Counted from the stretch's first letter, positions 26,839-41,329 are shown. The stretch: DNA of 64,000 nt from Enoplolaimus lenunculus (GCA_030248215.1 JASANG010001204.1:186001-250000); one strand, 5' to 3'. Program-made: numbers and translations. Notes: a model not told the origin generated them from the letters alone.

Positions 26839-28040
26839 TTTGTGTATTAATATATGGATAGTGTCAAACGTAATGGGCGTTTAACTGAACTGCGTGAGTA
26901 GATGCCAGATTTGGCATTTTTTTGCAAGCGTGAAAACTAAACTTTGGTTTGGTTTGGTTTTATTGAGAAAAACTTGACGCCAACGTAACTGTAGAAACGT
27001 TTATAAGTTTGTGTAGAATGTAAATTTACGCATTACATATTTTTGGTATGCCCTACGTGCAATTTTTGAAACGTTTAGGTTGTAGATTGACGTCTTATTT
27101 TTGATGATCAATAATTAATGAAGCTTGAATTTTAACTGGGTAAAAGCTGAAACCATAACTGCAACTGTATAATGCTGTAACTGTATATTAGAATCGAAAC
27201 GTGATATAAACTTTCAGTTTACTTCCTTGTTTGTTATTTGTGTATGAAAAATTCGATGGTTAGTCAAATGTGAATTTGTAAGAAGAAGCACGTAAACGTC
27301 GTGCAATTGATCATAACGCCATTTTTGACGTTTGAAATGTTATTTTATTACTAAATACAATATCTTCATATTGTACAGTTAATAGCAGTGACAGATACGA
27401 AGTATAGTAAATGATACGTATTGTTGCTATTAAAACCACACGGTAGCTGTGTGTGACAAAATTAGATTTTAATCTCGAAAACTCATGGTCAGTCGGCATT
27501 CTTTGCATTGTTGGTTGTTTTTAAACCAGGGTGCTTATTAGTTTGGTTTTTAAGTTTTATGCTTTTGATAGTAATAGATCTAATTGCAAAAAGGTTTATG
27601 TTGTATGCTATTAGAATCGTTAGTCATGCGTGATTGCGGCTCTTAATGACGAAATGGTTTGGTGCTTTTATTGCATTTTTATCATTGTTTTGACTGAATG
27701 AGTTTTGGGTCCATATTTAACTTATAGGGTTTATTAGTAGTCAGTGCACAATAGTCGGAAGTGGTTTAAATGATTAAAATATTAGTTGACGGCTGAAATC
27801 GGAAGATAATGCTATTTTAACAGGATTGACACAGGTCACAAAATGCACTATGTTTTTAAAGTATGGTTCTAAATGTTATCGTTCTCATCTCTAAACGCCA
27901 AATCATGTCAATGTTTAGAGTTTTTTAATTTCATGCCAAAGAGTTTTGACAAACATCGTTACAACTTTTTGATTGCTATATAGTGCTGTACAGAGTTCTA
28001 GCTTAAATAGTTTCTTGCACCTGTTTATACCTGGAGGCGC

Positions 28041-28417
28041 CAGGATGGCACCGAATCCACCATTTGACCAAATCCGAATCGGAATCCAGTGCTAATTTGC
28101 TGAATCCCAAACCCAAATCAGAATCCTGCATGTTACAAATTTCAGATATATCTATAATTTGTTTCAGAATATCAACGCAATGCCAGCCGTATAACTTTTA
28201 ATACGTTAATATATTTCGTCCCAACGTCAGTTCTGAGATGTCTCACCTGAAATAAAAAATACTGATTTTTACAGCATGGTATTTGAAAAATTTTATTGCT
28301 TAAAAATGAAAAAACATATTGCCGAATTTTGTTGGATTTGGCTTTTGGATTCGGGTTTTCCACAACCGAATCCGAACCTCAAATTTTTGCCGAATCCGAA
28401 CCTTTGTTGCCACCCTG
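28041..28417. mobile_element. hAT-like MITE with ccgaatcc subterminal repeats
   Basis: ggaggcgc|caggatggca ... tgccaccctg|ggaggcgc; perfect 8-bp TSD. Confidence 0.85.
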
Positions 28418-29073
28418 GGAGGCGCCTCCAGGTATGTGCAACGGACTGCAAGTATGCCCCCTTGGTTCTCTCAGCAAATATCTGTGTCACACTACAACTA
28501 TTATGCGTTTTTATCAAAGACCGCTAGCCATAATCTGACGGTAACCATGCATTAAATTGATATGTACACACATTGGTTTAATTAGACAAACAGATTAGCT
28601 ACTGTATGTAAGCGTATAAAACCTTGATAGTGGATATATGAACCATGGCTTGTTTGCTCTTCGAAGCTGATGGGGTTTGTTTATTTATTATTTGCGTGAC
28701 CCATGTCAATGGCAGGAGCCTGTCCACAGGGGGACATAGAGAGTGGGAGGCTCTAGGAGTAGACTTATGTATATATTAAGCTTAGTTTGGGTTTAAGCTT
28801 CATGGTAGGCTTAGTGAACAAGCCCTTATAATTAACACGTGTCACTTACATAATGCTTTGACTTGAACATTTACTTAGTGGTTACTTGAACGCCTTTAAT
28901 ATATAATACTTCATTTGTTTATGTTATGTTCGAATGAGCTTTATGTGTACCTCCACGCAATGCAATTTGGTGTTATATCGACTGCGAACTTTTATTGTTT
29001 TTGTACGGTTGCGCCATACTTTTTTGATGACATTTAATGCAACCTTTGTGCCGCACAAAAAGTACAGTCCAAC

Positions 29074-29780
29074 CAGGGTTGGAACCAGCCTGGTTTTTAG
29101 GGCCCAGGCCCACGAATTTTATTTTGGTTTAGATCAGAAAACAAAATATAAAACAAACCATATAATCATAACAGTATTTTTCGTTTTGTTCCAAATTTTG
29201 TTAGGTGCAGTAGCCTTCAAAGCGATAAGAGCTCCAACGTCGGACGAATGCAAAAGGTTGCGAATGCCGGTAACAACATTGCCACCTTCGCTGAACTGCC
29301 AGTCATTCGCCTGTACTGGCTTGTATAACAAGCACAAGTCTAGCGAGCTTGGATAATAAAACAAATCGCATTGTGTTTTCACGCCAGTAATAAACAGATT
29401 TCTTGAAGTAGCAGCTGAATCATCTGCAGGTCAAGATTCGTGATAGTCAACAAGCTCTTTTGTTGCAATGGACTAAAAAAGTTTTTACATCCCTATAGAT
29501 GAAGATGATTGCAATTTAGGAACTCAAGAAATTCTCCTTCAAAATTTTTAAGAATGTACGCCGTGACCGCGGTATGTATGAAAATTGTTAGGAATTAAGA
29601 GTCAAAAATACGTATCTGAATCTTACAATATCAAACGAAAGGTTAGTTTCAACGGCTGACGGGAAGCAAGAAGTCACACACTGCTCGGATGTATTTTGGG
29701 TGGTCCGACCCGCTTAGGCCGCTCGTCCAACATTTGCGCCCGGGCTCGCGGGCTTTGTCTAGTGACCAGTTCCAACTCTG
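29074..29780. mobile_element. hAT-like non-autonomous element
   Basis: agtccaac|cagggttggaac ... gttccaactctg|agcccaac (8-bp TSD, 1 mismatch). Confidence 0.8.
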
Positions 29781-31937
29781 AGCCCAACCCTTGAGCATTA
29801 TAGGTGTTTACCATTGTGTAAACAGAAGCGATTTAAATATGTTTAATTTTTCTGTTAAAATAACAGAATTTTCGGCATTTCTATAAGGGAATGGGATACG
29901 CACACCGCTACTTACCGTAAACGGATATCCGGTTATACTCTGATATACACATTGCGTAGAACTCGTTCGACAATTTGAACAAAATGCAGTTGTCGAAAGT
30001 TATTTGTGCAATGATATTGAGTTATTTTTATAGATATATATCTATGCTTGTTATTTCGGTAGTTTTTGTAGTTTGTGTGCTTCTTGTAATATATGCATGA
30101 TTTAGATTGAATGGGTGAAGCGCTACTTAAAAATAATTACGATAGGAAGGTATCGATACTGAATCCCAAGGGATGTAACTCAGGTACAATGGTTATCTCT
30201 TTTTCATATGGCTATGGTGATTTGTTTTGTTCAAAAATCCTGGAATCACACTTAATCTGGTACTATTTAAAATCCTTTTATTGAAACCTTTTCCTGCGTG
30301 GGTTTTTTTTAATTTTCTTTGAGTAGTGTTTAGATGTAATTTCAAGCTGTGATTTTAAAACATACAATGCAGCATTTTAGGCGGTTATGATGGCCAGTCG
30401 CTTCGAAGAATTTTCTCCACAACCTATAACAGGGCTTTATGCTAAATTCTTATGCTCCTTAAATTAAATTTTATTTGAATGTAGGGTTAAGTTGTTTTGC
30501 AATAGCTATTAGCGTTATTTTTTTATCCTTTCTTATTAAACTTTTATATAAACTAGATGCCAATTTATACAGTAAAATGTTTTAAACTTTTTCATTTAAA
30601 GCGGTTAGGCAATGTTGTGATCTTCCCGAACATTTTTTCAAGCGACAGGTGAAGTTCTGGTAGAGATTTATATACACCAATGTGTCCATTAAGTGCGCAC
30701 ATATGCTACAACGTCCGCTAATAGACAACCTTTGCTATAATAGCGGACGGGGTACAGTTTCAAGAAAACTGTCCGGAAAGCGAAAACGAAGATACTCGGG
30801 ATGCCCTTAATAGAGAAGCATAGAAAACACTTTGCATACAATTTAAAGTATAAATTGTACCAGTGTTATTCAAAATAGATGGTGTACCCAAACTTAATGG
30901 TTAGCGAGAAGTAAACTGCTTTAAACTATGCCGGCATTTCGGTAAAAACGAGAACTATGCCCGGACACTATAGCTAGCTAATGTTTGTTTCCCTACTTAC
31001 ATATATAGTTCCCGCCGTACTCTACAGTGCTCGTATAAAACTTAATGCGGCGGACATATTTATGTGCGAACCAAGCCAGCGGTAACGTGGGACTGAGGTT
31101 ATAAATCACATATACATCTCGCACAGATATGCTGTATATCAGTGTGCAATCGGAGTTATAAAATAATATTTACGAAATTCATCCAACATCGTAAAAATTT
31201 TGGCGCATCCGCTTTTTCTTTAATTCTAAAAAGCTGGTAAATATTTGCATGCCTTAATTGGCAGGAAACTAAAACATCTTCGATACATTCATATTTCAGT
31301 ATTTTGGTCTCCATTATATTTTGATACTATCCGTTTTCGTTACTTTACTACCCGTTTACATACTGCTAAGAACACTAAATTTATATGCATCTTTCATTTT
31401 TTTCTTTAAAATTTGAGAGTTTCGTGAATATTTACATGCCTCAAACCCTTTGGCAAAAAACATCTTTGAAACTTATATTTCAATATTCGTTTTTCGTTTC
31501 CGTTATTTTAATCATTATCTGTTTTCGTTATTTTTATTATTCCTTTAGATTCTGCTATATATAATAGTTGTATGTGCTACCGTGTGTTGTGCAATAAAAT
31601 TTGCATTAACCAAATGCCAAATTTCTTTCTGCAGCTTGCACCTGCTAAGTGATGCCCTGACACAGAGTCGAACCACGACCAACTGGTTATAGATAGCCTA
31701 TACGACCACTGATTTAAATTGGAGCTTAGTAAAAATTGTTAATCTGCGTTGATGGTACAACTCTGCAATGTAGGACTTTATCAATGTGCTTTGTATTGCT
31801 TTAAGCTAAAATCGGTTTCGCACTCAACGTTAACACCGGAAAGCTGTGCTTTCGTATAACTTATTCTTGTTTTACATACAACACCCTCATTGGTAAAAAT
31901 TTATTTCTGTTCGGGCCAACGTCTGCAGTTTGCTACA

Positions 31938-32150
31938 CACTATAAAAAAATGGTGAGTCAAATTGACACTTTCCGAAATAGGCTTTTCCGGACTACACAA
32001 ACTGTTGAGTCGAAATTCACTTCGCCATAGTTAAATTGGACGAACTGGGTTGAGTCCAAATTGACTAGCGGAGTCGAATATGACTCAGTTTGTGGAGTCC
32101 GGAAAAACCTATTTCGAAGAGAGTCAATTAGACTCACTATTTTTGCAGTG
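31938..32150. mobile_element. MITE with gagtcaaattgac repeats
   Basis: cactataaaaaaatggtgagtcaaattgac / gtcaattagactcactatttttgcagtg; right-end fragments recur at ~43260-43345 and ~43612-43697. Confidence 0.75.
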
Positions 32151-33252
32151 CACCTGGAATTGCTGGTGGGGTTAAATTTGTATAAAAACTTTATTCTATC
32201 TTCTCAAGCCTTGGTTGCGGACGTGAATTTTTAGCCAGTTGTGCTGCAGAGCACAACTCAAGGTTTGGCTCCTATAGAAAATCAACATCTGGCACCTGTA
32301 GAATTTGTGCCGCAGGTATCGTCGATTTCAATAGTAAAATTTTCCGAAATTTATCATTCGTTGCGTTTGGCTAAAAAATTTTGCTAAAATTTTGAGAAAT
32401 TTAATTGTCATAATTTTATAAAAAATAACCCTAAAACAAACGAACATTTTGCTTTGGCGATTCTTTACAGATATACCTATTTGCCAAAATTAGCAAATTA
32501 AACATTGTTCTTAATTGCCTAATTTCGTTTCACCTATGGCTCCGGCAAATTTTGTTGACCGTTGGTTGCGGTATTATTCACCGCCAGTTGAAAGCTGAAC
32601 GTACTGTAGTCACCCAAGTTTCGCATAGGTTACCAAAATTGAAACGACAAATGTTTATTTTATACATCTTGATATGCGTAATATACACTTATAACAAGCT
32701 TATGCAATATAGAATGCAATACTTTTGTTAGCAATTTTGTTAAATTTCAAACTAGTCGGACTAATCGTTTAATAAAAATGCGATGGTTTGTCCGTAAATG
32801 ATAACTGTAACGTTTCATAGTCGCTCCAGTCTGTTCGGGGAGCTAAGAAAATTTTTAGAAGTGACATTAAAAGGTATTCGATGACGTAATACAAGTTACA
32901 TGCGAGTTTGAAACAGTCCTAGAAAAGCCCAAAATTTTATAGTGAAAGCTGACACCCGCTTCCTCTATAGCTACGGGTGCGCGTATCTGACTTCGTTTCA
33001 TAACCATACGTAGCCAGAGGCGGATCTAGAAATTTCTGATGAGGAGCGGATTGGCTAAAGTTATGAAACACAATTTTTACTGTATGCTATATATGAGAAA
33101 ATTTTCTAAAGGGCAAAAATTGTAAAATAGGAGAGACCTTACCATTTTATAACAAAAATATTCTGAAGGGGGGCGTACGTCCACGCCATTCCCCCTGATC
33201 CGCTAGTGTGCCTAGCTATTTCAAAGAAGTATCCCTGGCAATTTGCAAATAA

Positions 33253-33549
33253 TGCGTCATCCACTTTATCTTGTGCCCGCTGTGTGGAAATTTGCAACGC
33301 CAATTTCCAACTACGGTTTTTAAAAATGAGATTCAATTACCCACTGCCGTTATCTGAAAAACCCGTAGTGGTAAATTGAAATCTAAATACTTAATCAATT
33401 TCCATATACGGTTTTTTAAATAACTCAATTTACCACACGGGCAATTTTGAGTTTCCCAATTTCCAACTACTATGATTTTTAAAAACCGTAGTTGGAAATT
33501 GGCGTTGCAAATTTCCACACAGCGGGCACAAGATAACGTGGATGACGCA
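33253..33549. mobile_element. TAA-flanked (Tourist-like) MITE with ~75-bp near-perfect TIRs
   Basis: taa|tgcgtcatccactttatcttgtgcccgctgtgtggaaatttgcaacgccaatttccaactacgg ... reverse complement ... ggatgacgca|taa. Confidence 0.9.
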
Positions 33550-33870
33550 TAAAAATATTTTAAAAATTAACAATTCACCAATTCATGATCATAAAAATCG
33601 AAAAATTTTAGTTTTTAAAAGGTTTTTACCGTAAGAATTAAATCGTGCAATGTAGCCTGTCGGAACCAGACACACCAAATCCAGAATATTTATAAGATAA
33701 GTTTTACTCCAAAGAACTCTAGACTAATAGACAAAATATGTTTCAAAGATTTTTTATAACAAACGAGTCAAATACTCTGACTTAATTGATGAAATATAAA
33801 AGTATCTTAGACTTTTCCACAAATACTTCCCGGCGTACCTGCTTTTTAAACCTGTGCACTGCCAAAATTT

Positions 33871-36800
33871 TTAGACGCAAAAAATAATCGCCCCTAAAAT
33901 GTAAATAAGCGCAAATACAATAAACAAAAAGCAATTCAATGAAGATAACGCCGCAGTCCACTGATCATCAATAGGTGGCGTTTCAGTTCCGCCTCCTGTT
34001 TCATCCTTTGTATCAATTGCAGTGCACACACAGAGCGTTGCAATGCGTTTTGTAATTGCAGTCATCGCGTGCGGTGGTGGAATTGTGTGCTGACGGCGTG
34101 CAAACGTCCACAACGCAAGACCAACGATTAACGATATCAGGGTAACAATCATAGTGAACCGGTGAAACAGTACTGAAAACACCGACCCGTTGTTTGCTTT
34201 AACCGATTAAACACTTCAGTGCCGTGTTTAGCGGCATCATACCCCCAAATGGTGGGCCTATTAACTTTCGAAGGAGCCACTCCAACACTAGGGACGGCAC
34301 TGGAACACTTGAAGTTGCTACGGGTGATTTTTTTAACGGATACCTTTAGTAAAAGTGCAATTGAAGTAGTGGGAACCCTTTAATTTATCCTAAAAATAGT
34401 AATTAAGTACATTTTTTGTGGTTTCTTATACGTTAAAAAGTTGTAGGTCTGATTTGCTATGTTGGTTTAAAGAGAGTTAAACAAAAAACGTTGTCTTAGT
34501 GAATTTTTGATATTCAATAAGTTTGTAATTAAAAATTACATGTATCTCACTCCATATTCATGAAGATATTGGACTGAATTTGTGTGACATTAACAGACAA
34601 GCTTAATAAAACGATGTGTCTTTTCGATCTAAGCACGATGCTTTAAGAAGTCTAACTCTCGTTACATTTCCGGGCCAATATAAAGAACAAGCGCGGAACA
34701 GTATTATAAGCATATTCCTAAGCCTACGCCTAAGCATAAACCTAAGTGTAAGCTTAAAAATAAGCATATTCGTAAGCCTAAGCCTAAGCCTGACACAAGC
34801 AAAAAATAGGCTAAAGCTTCCGCATCCGCAGCAAAATTTTCGTGAAGGGCTCTATATGGTTCTGCTTAACTTAGAATTCCTCTATTGTTGCACCACAGAA
34901 AAACGTTCCGCCCTGATCTTTACATGGACCCATTTCCTTCACCTGTGCTAAGGTTTCAGTAATGAATTTGGGTAAAAACTGCACAGAAATTGAAGCATCT
35001 ATAATTCAGCCGAAGCTCCACGTCGAATGAGTTCGTTCAAAAGTTTCGCACCTTCGCGATAACTGTTCTTACTTTTATATGTCAAAAATTTCTCTGTTAC
35101 CAAATAAAACAAAATTATTTAACTAAAATTTCAAAAAGTTTAATTGTTTGCTATGACTGAGAAGTAACTCTAAGCTAAATAGTTACATTTATCACTTTTG
35201 TGCACGTGAACGAACTGGTGCCCCCCTCATTAGCTTATAACTGCAATAGAGTGTCTCGGTTTGCACAGGCTGTTCATTGTCGCGTCAAAAGATGATAGAG
35301 ATCTTGTTTTAGCGTTGTGCGGAATATGAGAGATAAAACGGGAGAATTTATTCCCCAAACGATGCGTACAGCGAAGAATTTTGTAATATTATTCGCTAGA
35401 AGCAGGATCTTATATCAGAACGCGCGCGAAGCATATACAGTATTTCTGGAAGCTAAACTTACATATTCCTGGAATCTGTTTAGTATATCGTGTGACCCAG
35501 TGAATTTGAACAAAATTAATCAATGACAAATACATAAACAACAGCGCGAGCACTTTAATCATCGACTGCCATTTGAAACTACCGAACAACGGTGCAACAA
35601 TTGCGATAATTGTTGCAATCAGTATCGGAGATAATATTTCGATACCTGCTGACCGATTGACGCGATTTATTTTAGTTGTAATTTCAAGAAATTGTCGATC
35701 GCGGTCTTGGTATTGACGAATTTTCGCCGAGTCATACTGCCAGTAATACGATTGCTGGTAGTTTGGTGCTGAAATGGTTTACATAAGGTTAATCAGTAGC
35801 TGTAGCGAGTGTGTAAAATAGCCAAATTCCTGTCGAGAGTGGAGGTCCCAAGGGTCAGAGATACGTCGAGGAACGCAGCTGTCCACGCAATATTTCTGCC
35901 CCGGTTGTAAGCAAGTCTTGTAAAAGACCACATGTTGCTTCAATGCACTATTTTAGCTCAGCTTATATGTATTGTAAAATTCGAATAAACCAGAGAGTAA
36001 CCAGGTATTCGTCTTAGTTTCCGGCAAAAATTGGTGCCCCTTACCGTTTCTGTTATATATAGAAACATTGAAAACTGTTATTTTTATGCCCGCATTTACT
36101 TGTAAATTATGCATAAATCATTCAATTTTTCAATAAAAACTGCAGAATTCGGTCAAAATTTTACAAAATTTGGGTCCATCCGCTATTTTTTCTTTAAAAA
36201 ATTTAGAAAGCCCTGTGAATATTTGCATGCCTCATTGCATTGTCACAAAATATAAATTTCCGAAACTTTTATACCTCAATTTGCGTTTCCGTGATTTTGG
36301 GCGCTACCTGTTTTCGTTATTTACCGTATCCATTTACGCCCTCCTCCTACAAACCTTGTCCTGGAATGGGTTTGTCCTCATGGTGAGCTGACTATGGACC
36401 CATGACTATAGCGCTTATCATCAGTTAGTGATAGGTTTTGAAACGAACGAACCCATATATTATATGTGCGAAACAAACATTTTACTGAGTTATTCTTGAG
36501 CACCGCCATAAAAAGTATATACAAAATTTTCATAGATTTTGAAACAACGATTCAAACATTAGTAGGGCTCATGTATAGAACAGGGCCGGAACGCTTTCCT
36601 GAGGGGCTATAACAGAGTCAGACTGATGATAGTTGCTATACACATTTGAAAATGTAGACCCAGATTATAACATTACATTTTTTGATGTCTGATATCTTTA
36701 ACTCGATCAAAATAGCCTTTGAGTCATTGATCCATTTGCCTTCAAATGTTGTTTTGCAAACTGCTGAATCGTATGGATATCGTCGTAAGTTCATGTCACA

Positions 36801-39800
36801 CTGTGAATCCCAATCGAGAAATGTTGATGCCTCTACTCGGCCGTTGTATGACACCGTCGGAACGATAAGTTCACTTACCCTGCATTACACAAATCACCGA
36901 CTGAGTTAACTTTATTGCTAACGTACTGTACTGACCCGAATTAGAGAGAGAGCAGTAAGGTTCCGGGGTTCCTTTTTGCGTCTGAATCAATACGAGTCTA
37001 TTTCTTGAACTGGAGTCAGTAAATGGATAGACTACAAAATGACTAATTAGATCATATACGCCATTTAGCCAATAGGATCGCGGAAATGCTTTCTGTGCCA
37101 AATAAAGTCCAGTGCAATGCAAAATATTCATTACTCAAGGTATAATGTTTAATTCGTAGCAGCATACTCAAATCTTACACGCATATCTTAAAGCGTTAAC
37201 CGTAAAAAAGGCTGGCATAGTTTAAGCTGTGTAGTCCACATAATCTGGAGTTGGATTGAAAAATAAATAAACAGTATGGAACCTAGCAATGAGGGTAGCA
37301 AGTTATGTTGACAAGATATAAATAATCTACTACTTACTGTGACGACCCGCCAGTTTTTTTGGGCACAACTTGAAACAATGGAAACCATATTTTGCTCGCG
37401 AAATCAGGTCTAATTTCAATTTTGTCCAATCCGCCCCCACAAACACCCACTAAAGAAATTGCCCACATTGATATAGAAGAACCGAAAAAAAAAAAAACAA
37501 GACCAACCAACAAACAGCTTGGTTGCCACGTTAAACGGCTATCCATCCAAGACTAAAAATTTGAAAAGTGTTTGCAATTATGATCTTTATATCGATGAAC
37601 CGTAATAAATGTGAAAATTTTGTATAAACAAGACCATATTTTATTGTTTCCAATACGTTTTTATAAATCTAGCAAGTTTTGCAACTTTTTAGTCAATTCC
37701 TATTCCTATCTGTATTTTTACTCGTTACCTTAGAGCTGTAGCAGCATGTGGTGTACTTTTAGTGGCGCACCAGCTGATCCAAACGGAGGCCACCTGGTGC
37801 GAAGCGCAATATATAGCAGTGGAAGGAAACTAGCGAGCGGAAAACCAAACGCAATTTTAGCACGAGATCCCTATCTATTTCTAATATAAAGTGTTGGTTT
37901 TGGTTTCGTTCGCCAAATATGAGATGTGTCACTTTCCACTCGTGTCTAAACTTGAAACGTTGTGTTTAATTTCAAGTGACTTTAAGTAGGCCGCCACAAA
38001 ATTATCGGTTAGTTATTGTTATATTTGTATAAAAGAAAACTGTTGACGTATTAGCTTGTTTGCCCAATGTTACTTTCAGGTTTGTAATAGTAGATTAAGC
38101 GTGTTTTATGCCTAAAGCGTAAGCAAAAAGTGTAGTCTAGAATGTATTAACGCCTACTCTTTTACACACCCGCCAGGAACATGGACGGCCTTAAAAGTAA
38201 CATGGGCCGGTTTTTATGCTACAGTATCAGCAATAAAAACAAATGCATTAAAACGGTATTGCTATTCATAACGACTAAGAACAACTGAAAAGCTAATACT
38301 GCTTACAAAGTGCAAATATCCATCCATTGATGCTGTTTGTTTAGCCGTATCCTAAAAAAGCTTGAATAATGCCACAAAATTGATGCTAGTTTTAAGCATA
38401 TTTTAACACAAAACTAAAAATTAAACAACCAGCTTTCAGTTCGGTAGCCAGCTCACCTTGCAAGGAGGACTGAAAATTTTTCAGGAAGGGTATACCAGGG
38501 TTTTCGATGACTTACAAGCAAGGTTGAAAATTTACCAGAGGTGCCAAAATGTTTCCAGGGAAGGCTCAACCACCCTTAGCTACGCACCCGCCAGCTTTAT
38601 GCTACTTGTAGAAATGTCTGAACAGTTTTCGAGTTTGTTCATATCAGACATTATTCCACAGCGTTTGAAGGTTAACAGTATTTAAATATTGATAATACAT
38701 GAAATTAGTTAATGCGAGTAGGAAATAAACGGAAATTACAAATCAGGAGCAAATGCATATTGTTTATGTGCTTAGTCACCGAATAAGACCTAACGGATGC
38801 AAATTCTAAACGTATGTTAGCCTCTTTTTGAAATCATAATCTAAAACCAGGGTGTAAACGGGTACCAATAACGGAAACGGAAAACGTATATTGAAGTATA
38901 AAAGTATCAAAGACATATTATTTTTTGCCAATACAATTGTGACGTGCGGATATTCACCGAGTTTTCTAAAATTTTACAGAAAAACAGCGGATGCGCCAAA
39001 ATTTTTAAGATTTTGGAAGAATTTTGTAATTTTTATTTCACATCAAACAATTGCAGCATATTTGTAATGAAAAATTGCAATACATAATATACACGTGATT
39101 TTTAAACTGTAATTTTGAGCGTAAAAGTAACAGAATTTTCGGTATTTCCTTAACGGAAACGCAAACGGACTCCGATTTTTGCCGGAAACGGAAATAGCAA
39201 CGGATATCCGGTTACACGCTGTCTAAAACTGCTATTAGTTTGCGTTTCGGTTAAGTGATAATTATGCTATTTCTCAAAATGAAATTATTCCGGGTTTTTT
39301 TAATAAAAGGCTTTCTGATTCAACTAACCTATGTTTGAAACTGTTAGTTTAATTATGAAAAATATGTTGCAAAATAGTGAACCAAATCACAGTCATCCAC
39401 AGAATACTTCAAAGTATCTACTTCCATTATTTTGTTTTAATATCAAAACATACCGGACTCGCAGATCGAATTTCGGCATCGTTGATGACCAGTTTAACAC
39501 CGGGTGTATTTTGGTTATGAGTATTATAACCGGGCGGAATCTTTAGCGGCGACCAACTTGCGTCACCGAATACTTCGTACGCAATTGAATTCCAATTGCT
39601 AGTAGTATGTCGTTTCTTAAATCGGTCCGTTTCTTTCATTTGAATTGACTGAACCAAACATTCGATATATTTATCTTTCATGTATTGCGGAAGCGTGTCT
39701 AAAAATAAATCATGAAGCAACTTGTCAAATAAATTAACAGAAATTTGTAACCAAATTCCGTTTATGCTAACCATCGGTGATTCGATTATACTCTGAGTTA

Positions 39801-40183
39801 TGGGAATTAAATTTGACAACAAAACAAAAGTATCGAATTATAGACGATGAAACGATAACAACTTAGAAACTGAAATTTTGAAGATTGAAAAAGAAATCGG
39901 ACATATGAGCCACCGAAATATCTTGTACTGCCACAGCTTAATATCTGTGTTTAAAAATTGAAACTATGCTCATCGAAGAAATGAAATTTAAGTGATTTCT
40001 TCACGAAAGAAGAAATGCATTATATACACTTCATTGTTTAAAAATATCAGCGTATCAAAAATATTTACCTGCGCGTGTAAGACTTTTTGGAACCCAACTA
40101 CAATTCGCAGCAGCTTCGGCATCACGAAAAGCGTTCAGAAGCAACAAAAACGAAATAATATATGAAATGTTTAATATATCCAT
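33871..40183 (-). CDS. Divergent Cys-loop (pentameric) ligand-gated ion channel subunit, 8 exons, ~454 aa
   Basis: Phase-consistent exons 40183-40069, 39698-39454, 38351-38307, 37552-37516, 37449-37338, 36879-36677, 35768-35463, 34172-33871. Signal peptide, SWMDSRLTW (WxDxxLxW), KIWFP, Cys-loop C-DMNLRRYPYDSAV-C, pre-M1 Arg, four hydrophobic helices and a DQW motif before M4. Confidence 0.88.
38848..39221. mobile_element. hAT-like MITE family C in the Cys-loop gene intron
   Basis: tctaaaac|cagggtgtaaacggg ... ccggttacacgctg|tctaaaac. Diverged relatives at ~1500-1860, ~22055-22401, ~29810-29942, ~31140-31345, ~35992-36340, ~51318-51625. Confidence 0.85.
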
Positions 40184-41329
40184 AATGTACACTGAAAGTT
40201 CCCAAGTCTGTTCGGTTTTAGCGAAAGCAAATATGTGAACCCAAGAAGGCAAACAGAAAAATGGACTCATGCATCATCTGCCAGAGGCTTAGGCTCATGT
40301 TCAGGCTTACTCTTAGATTAACTCAAGCATAAGCGTGAACCTACGCGTTTTACCTAAACTGTTAGCTAAGCTTAAAAAACAGCGTAAGCCTTAACCTCAA
40401 ACGTGGAAGCGGGGGAATCAGAAGTGCAAGTGGGTAGAATTTTACCCGCGTTGCGCTTTGCCCGCGGAAATTTTACTTTTTTACCCGAAGGTATTACTCG
40501 TCTTTACCCGCACAAAGTTTCTTTACCGCTACCGACCTTACATGCCCTTATTTTGTCTTGGGCGTTCAATACAATTGTCTAATTTTACAGTCCATAGATG
40601 TTACTCTTTGGAACGTTACAAAAACTCTTTATCAGTAATTTTCAAAACAAACCATTAAGTAAAAAATGTAAAGCCGGACAATATTGAACGTTACACCTAT
40701 CATCGTTTAAAACTATGTTGTTTGCTTTGCCGGTGGGCGAGCAGTGAATCAAAACTTTCTTATCCGTACAAAATCATTGCAGTAAAGAACAAAAGTGCAT
40801 AAACCACACATATCAGAACTCGTCGCAATTTGTCTTCAGACCTCTTTCAGAAAGCTGTAAACATATTGTTCCACGCTTTCAAGTTTCTAGACATTATCCG
40901 ATCTCAAGTTTCTTATAATAATTTTAGGCGGGTAAAGAATCACAAATGTTTACCTGCGCTTTGAAATTCTTTACCCGCTAGTATATCCGCGCCAAAATTT
41001 TCTTACCCGTACCCACGTTACCCGCGAGTAACGTGCAGCTGTGGAGGGAATAATGTACAAGAGCAGCAAAGTGTTAAGCGGACAGTCAATAGTTTTAGAT
41101 CCGCAGTTTGGTTTTAGTTGACGTTGCAGCAAATCTTTCGATTTTGAGAATTAATATATTTGGAACACTCTTGTTTTTAAGATTCTGGCAATCCGAGATA
41201 AATCGATCTAAGCTTAACTGTTATGGCAGTCACTGTTACATGCTTTACGTGACAATTATTATATACACAAGCTGGTGGGAGCAAACTCAAAAGCCAACGT
41301 GTGGTACATATAACATCAAGAAAAACAAA

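Noticed and set aside
36740..36745. GC-AG donor after FEG in the Cys-loop exon
   Set aside because: Reading on to the GT donor at 36676 keeps loop B and beta-8 and fits the phase, so no non-canonical intron is needed.
37729..37793. Extra exon in the Cys-loop gene
   Set aside because: It has splice-like ends, but two frames contain stops and the open frame ends in the wrong phase; the flanking exons already join in frame (GYLHF/SWMD).
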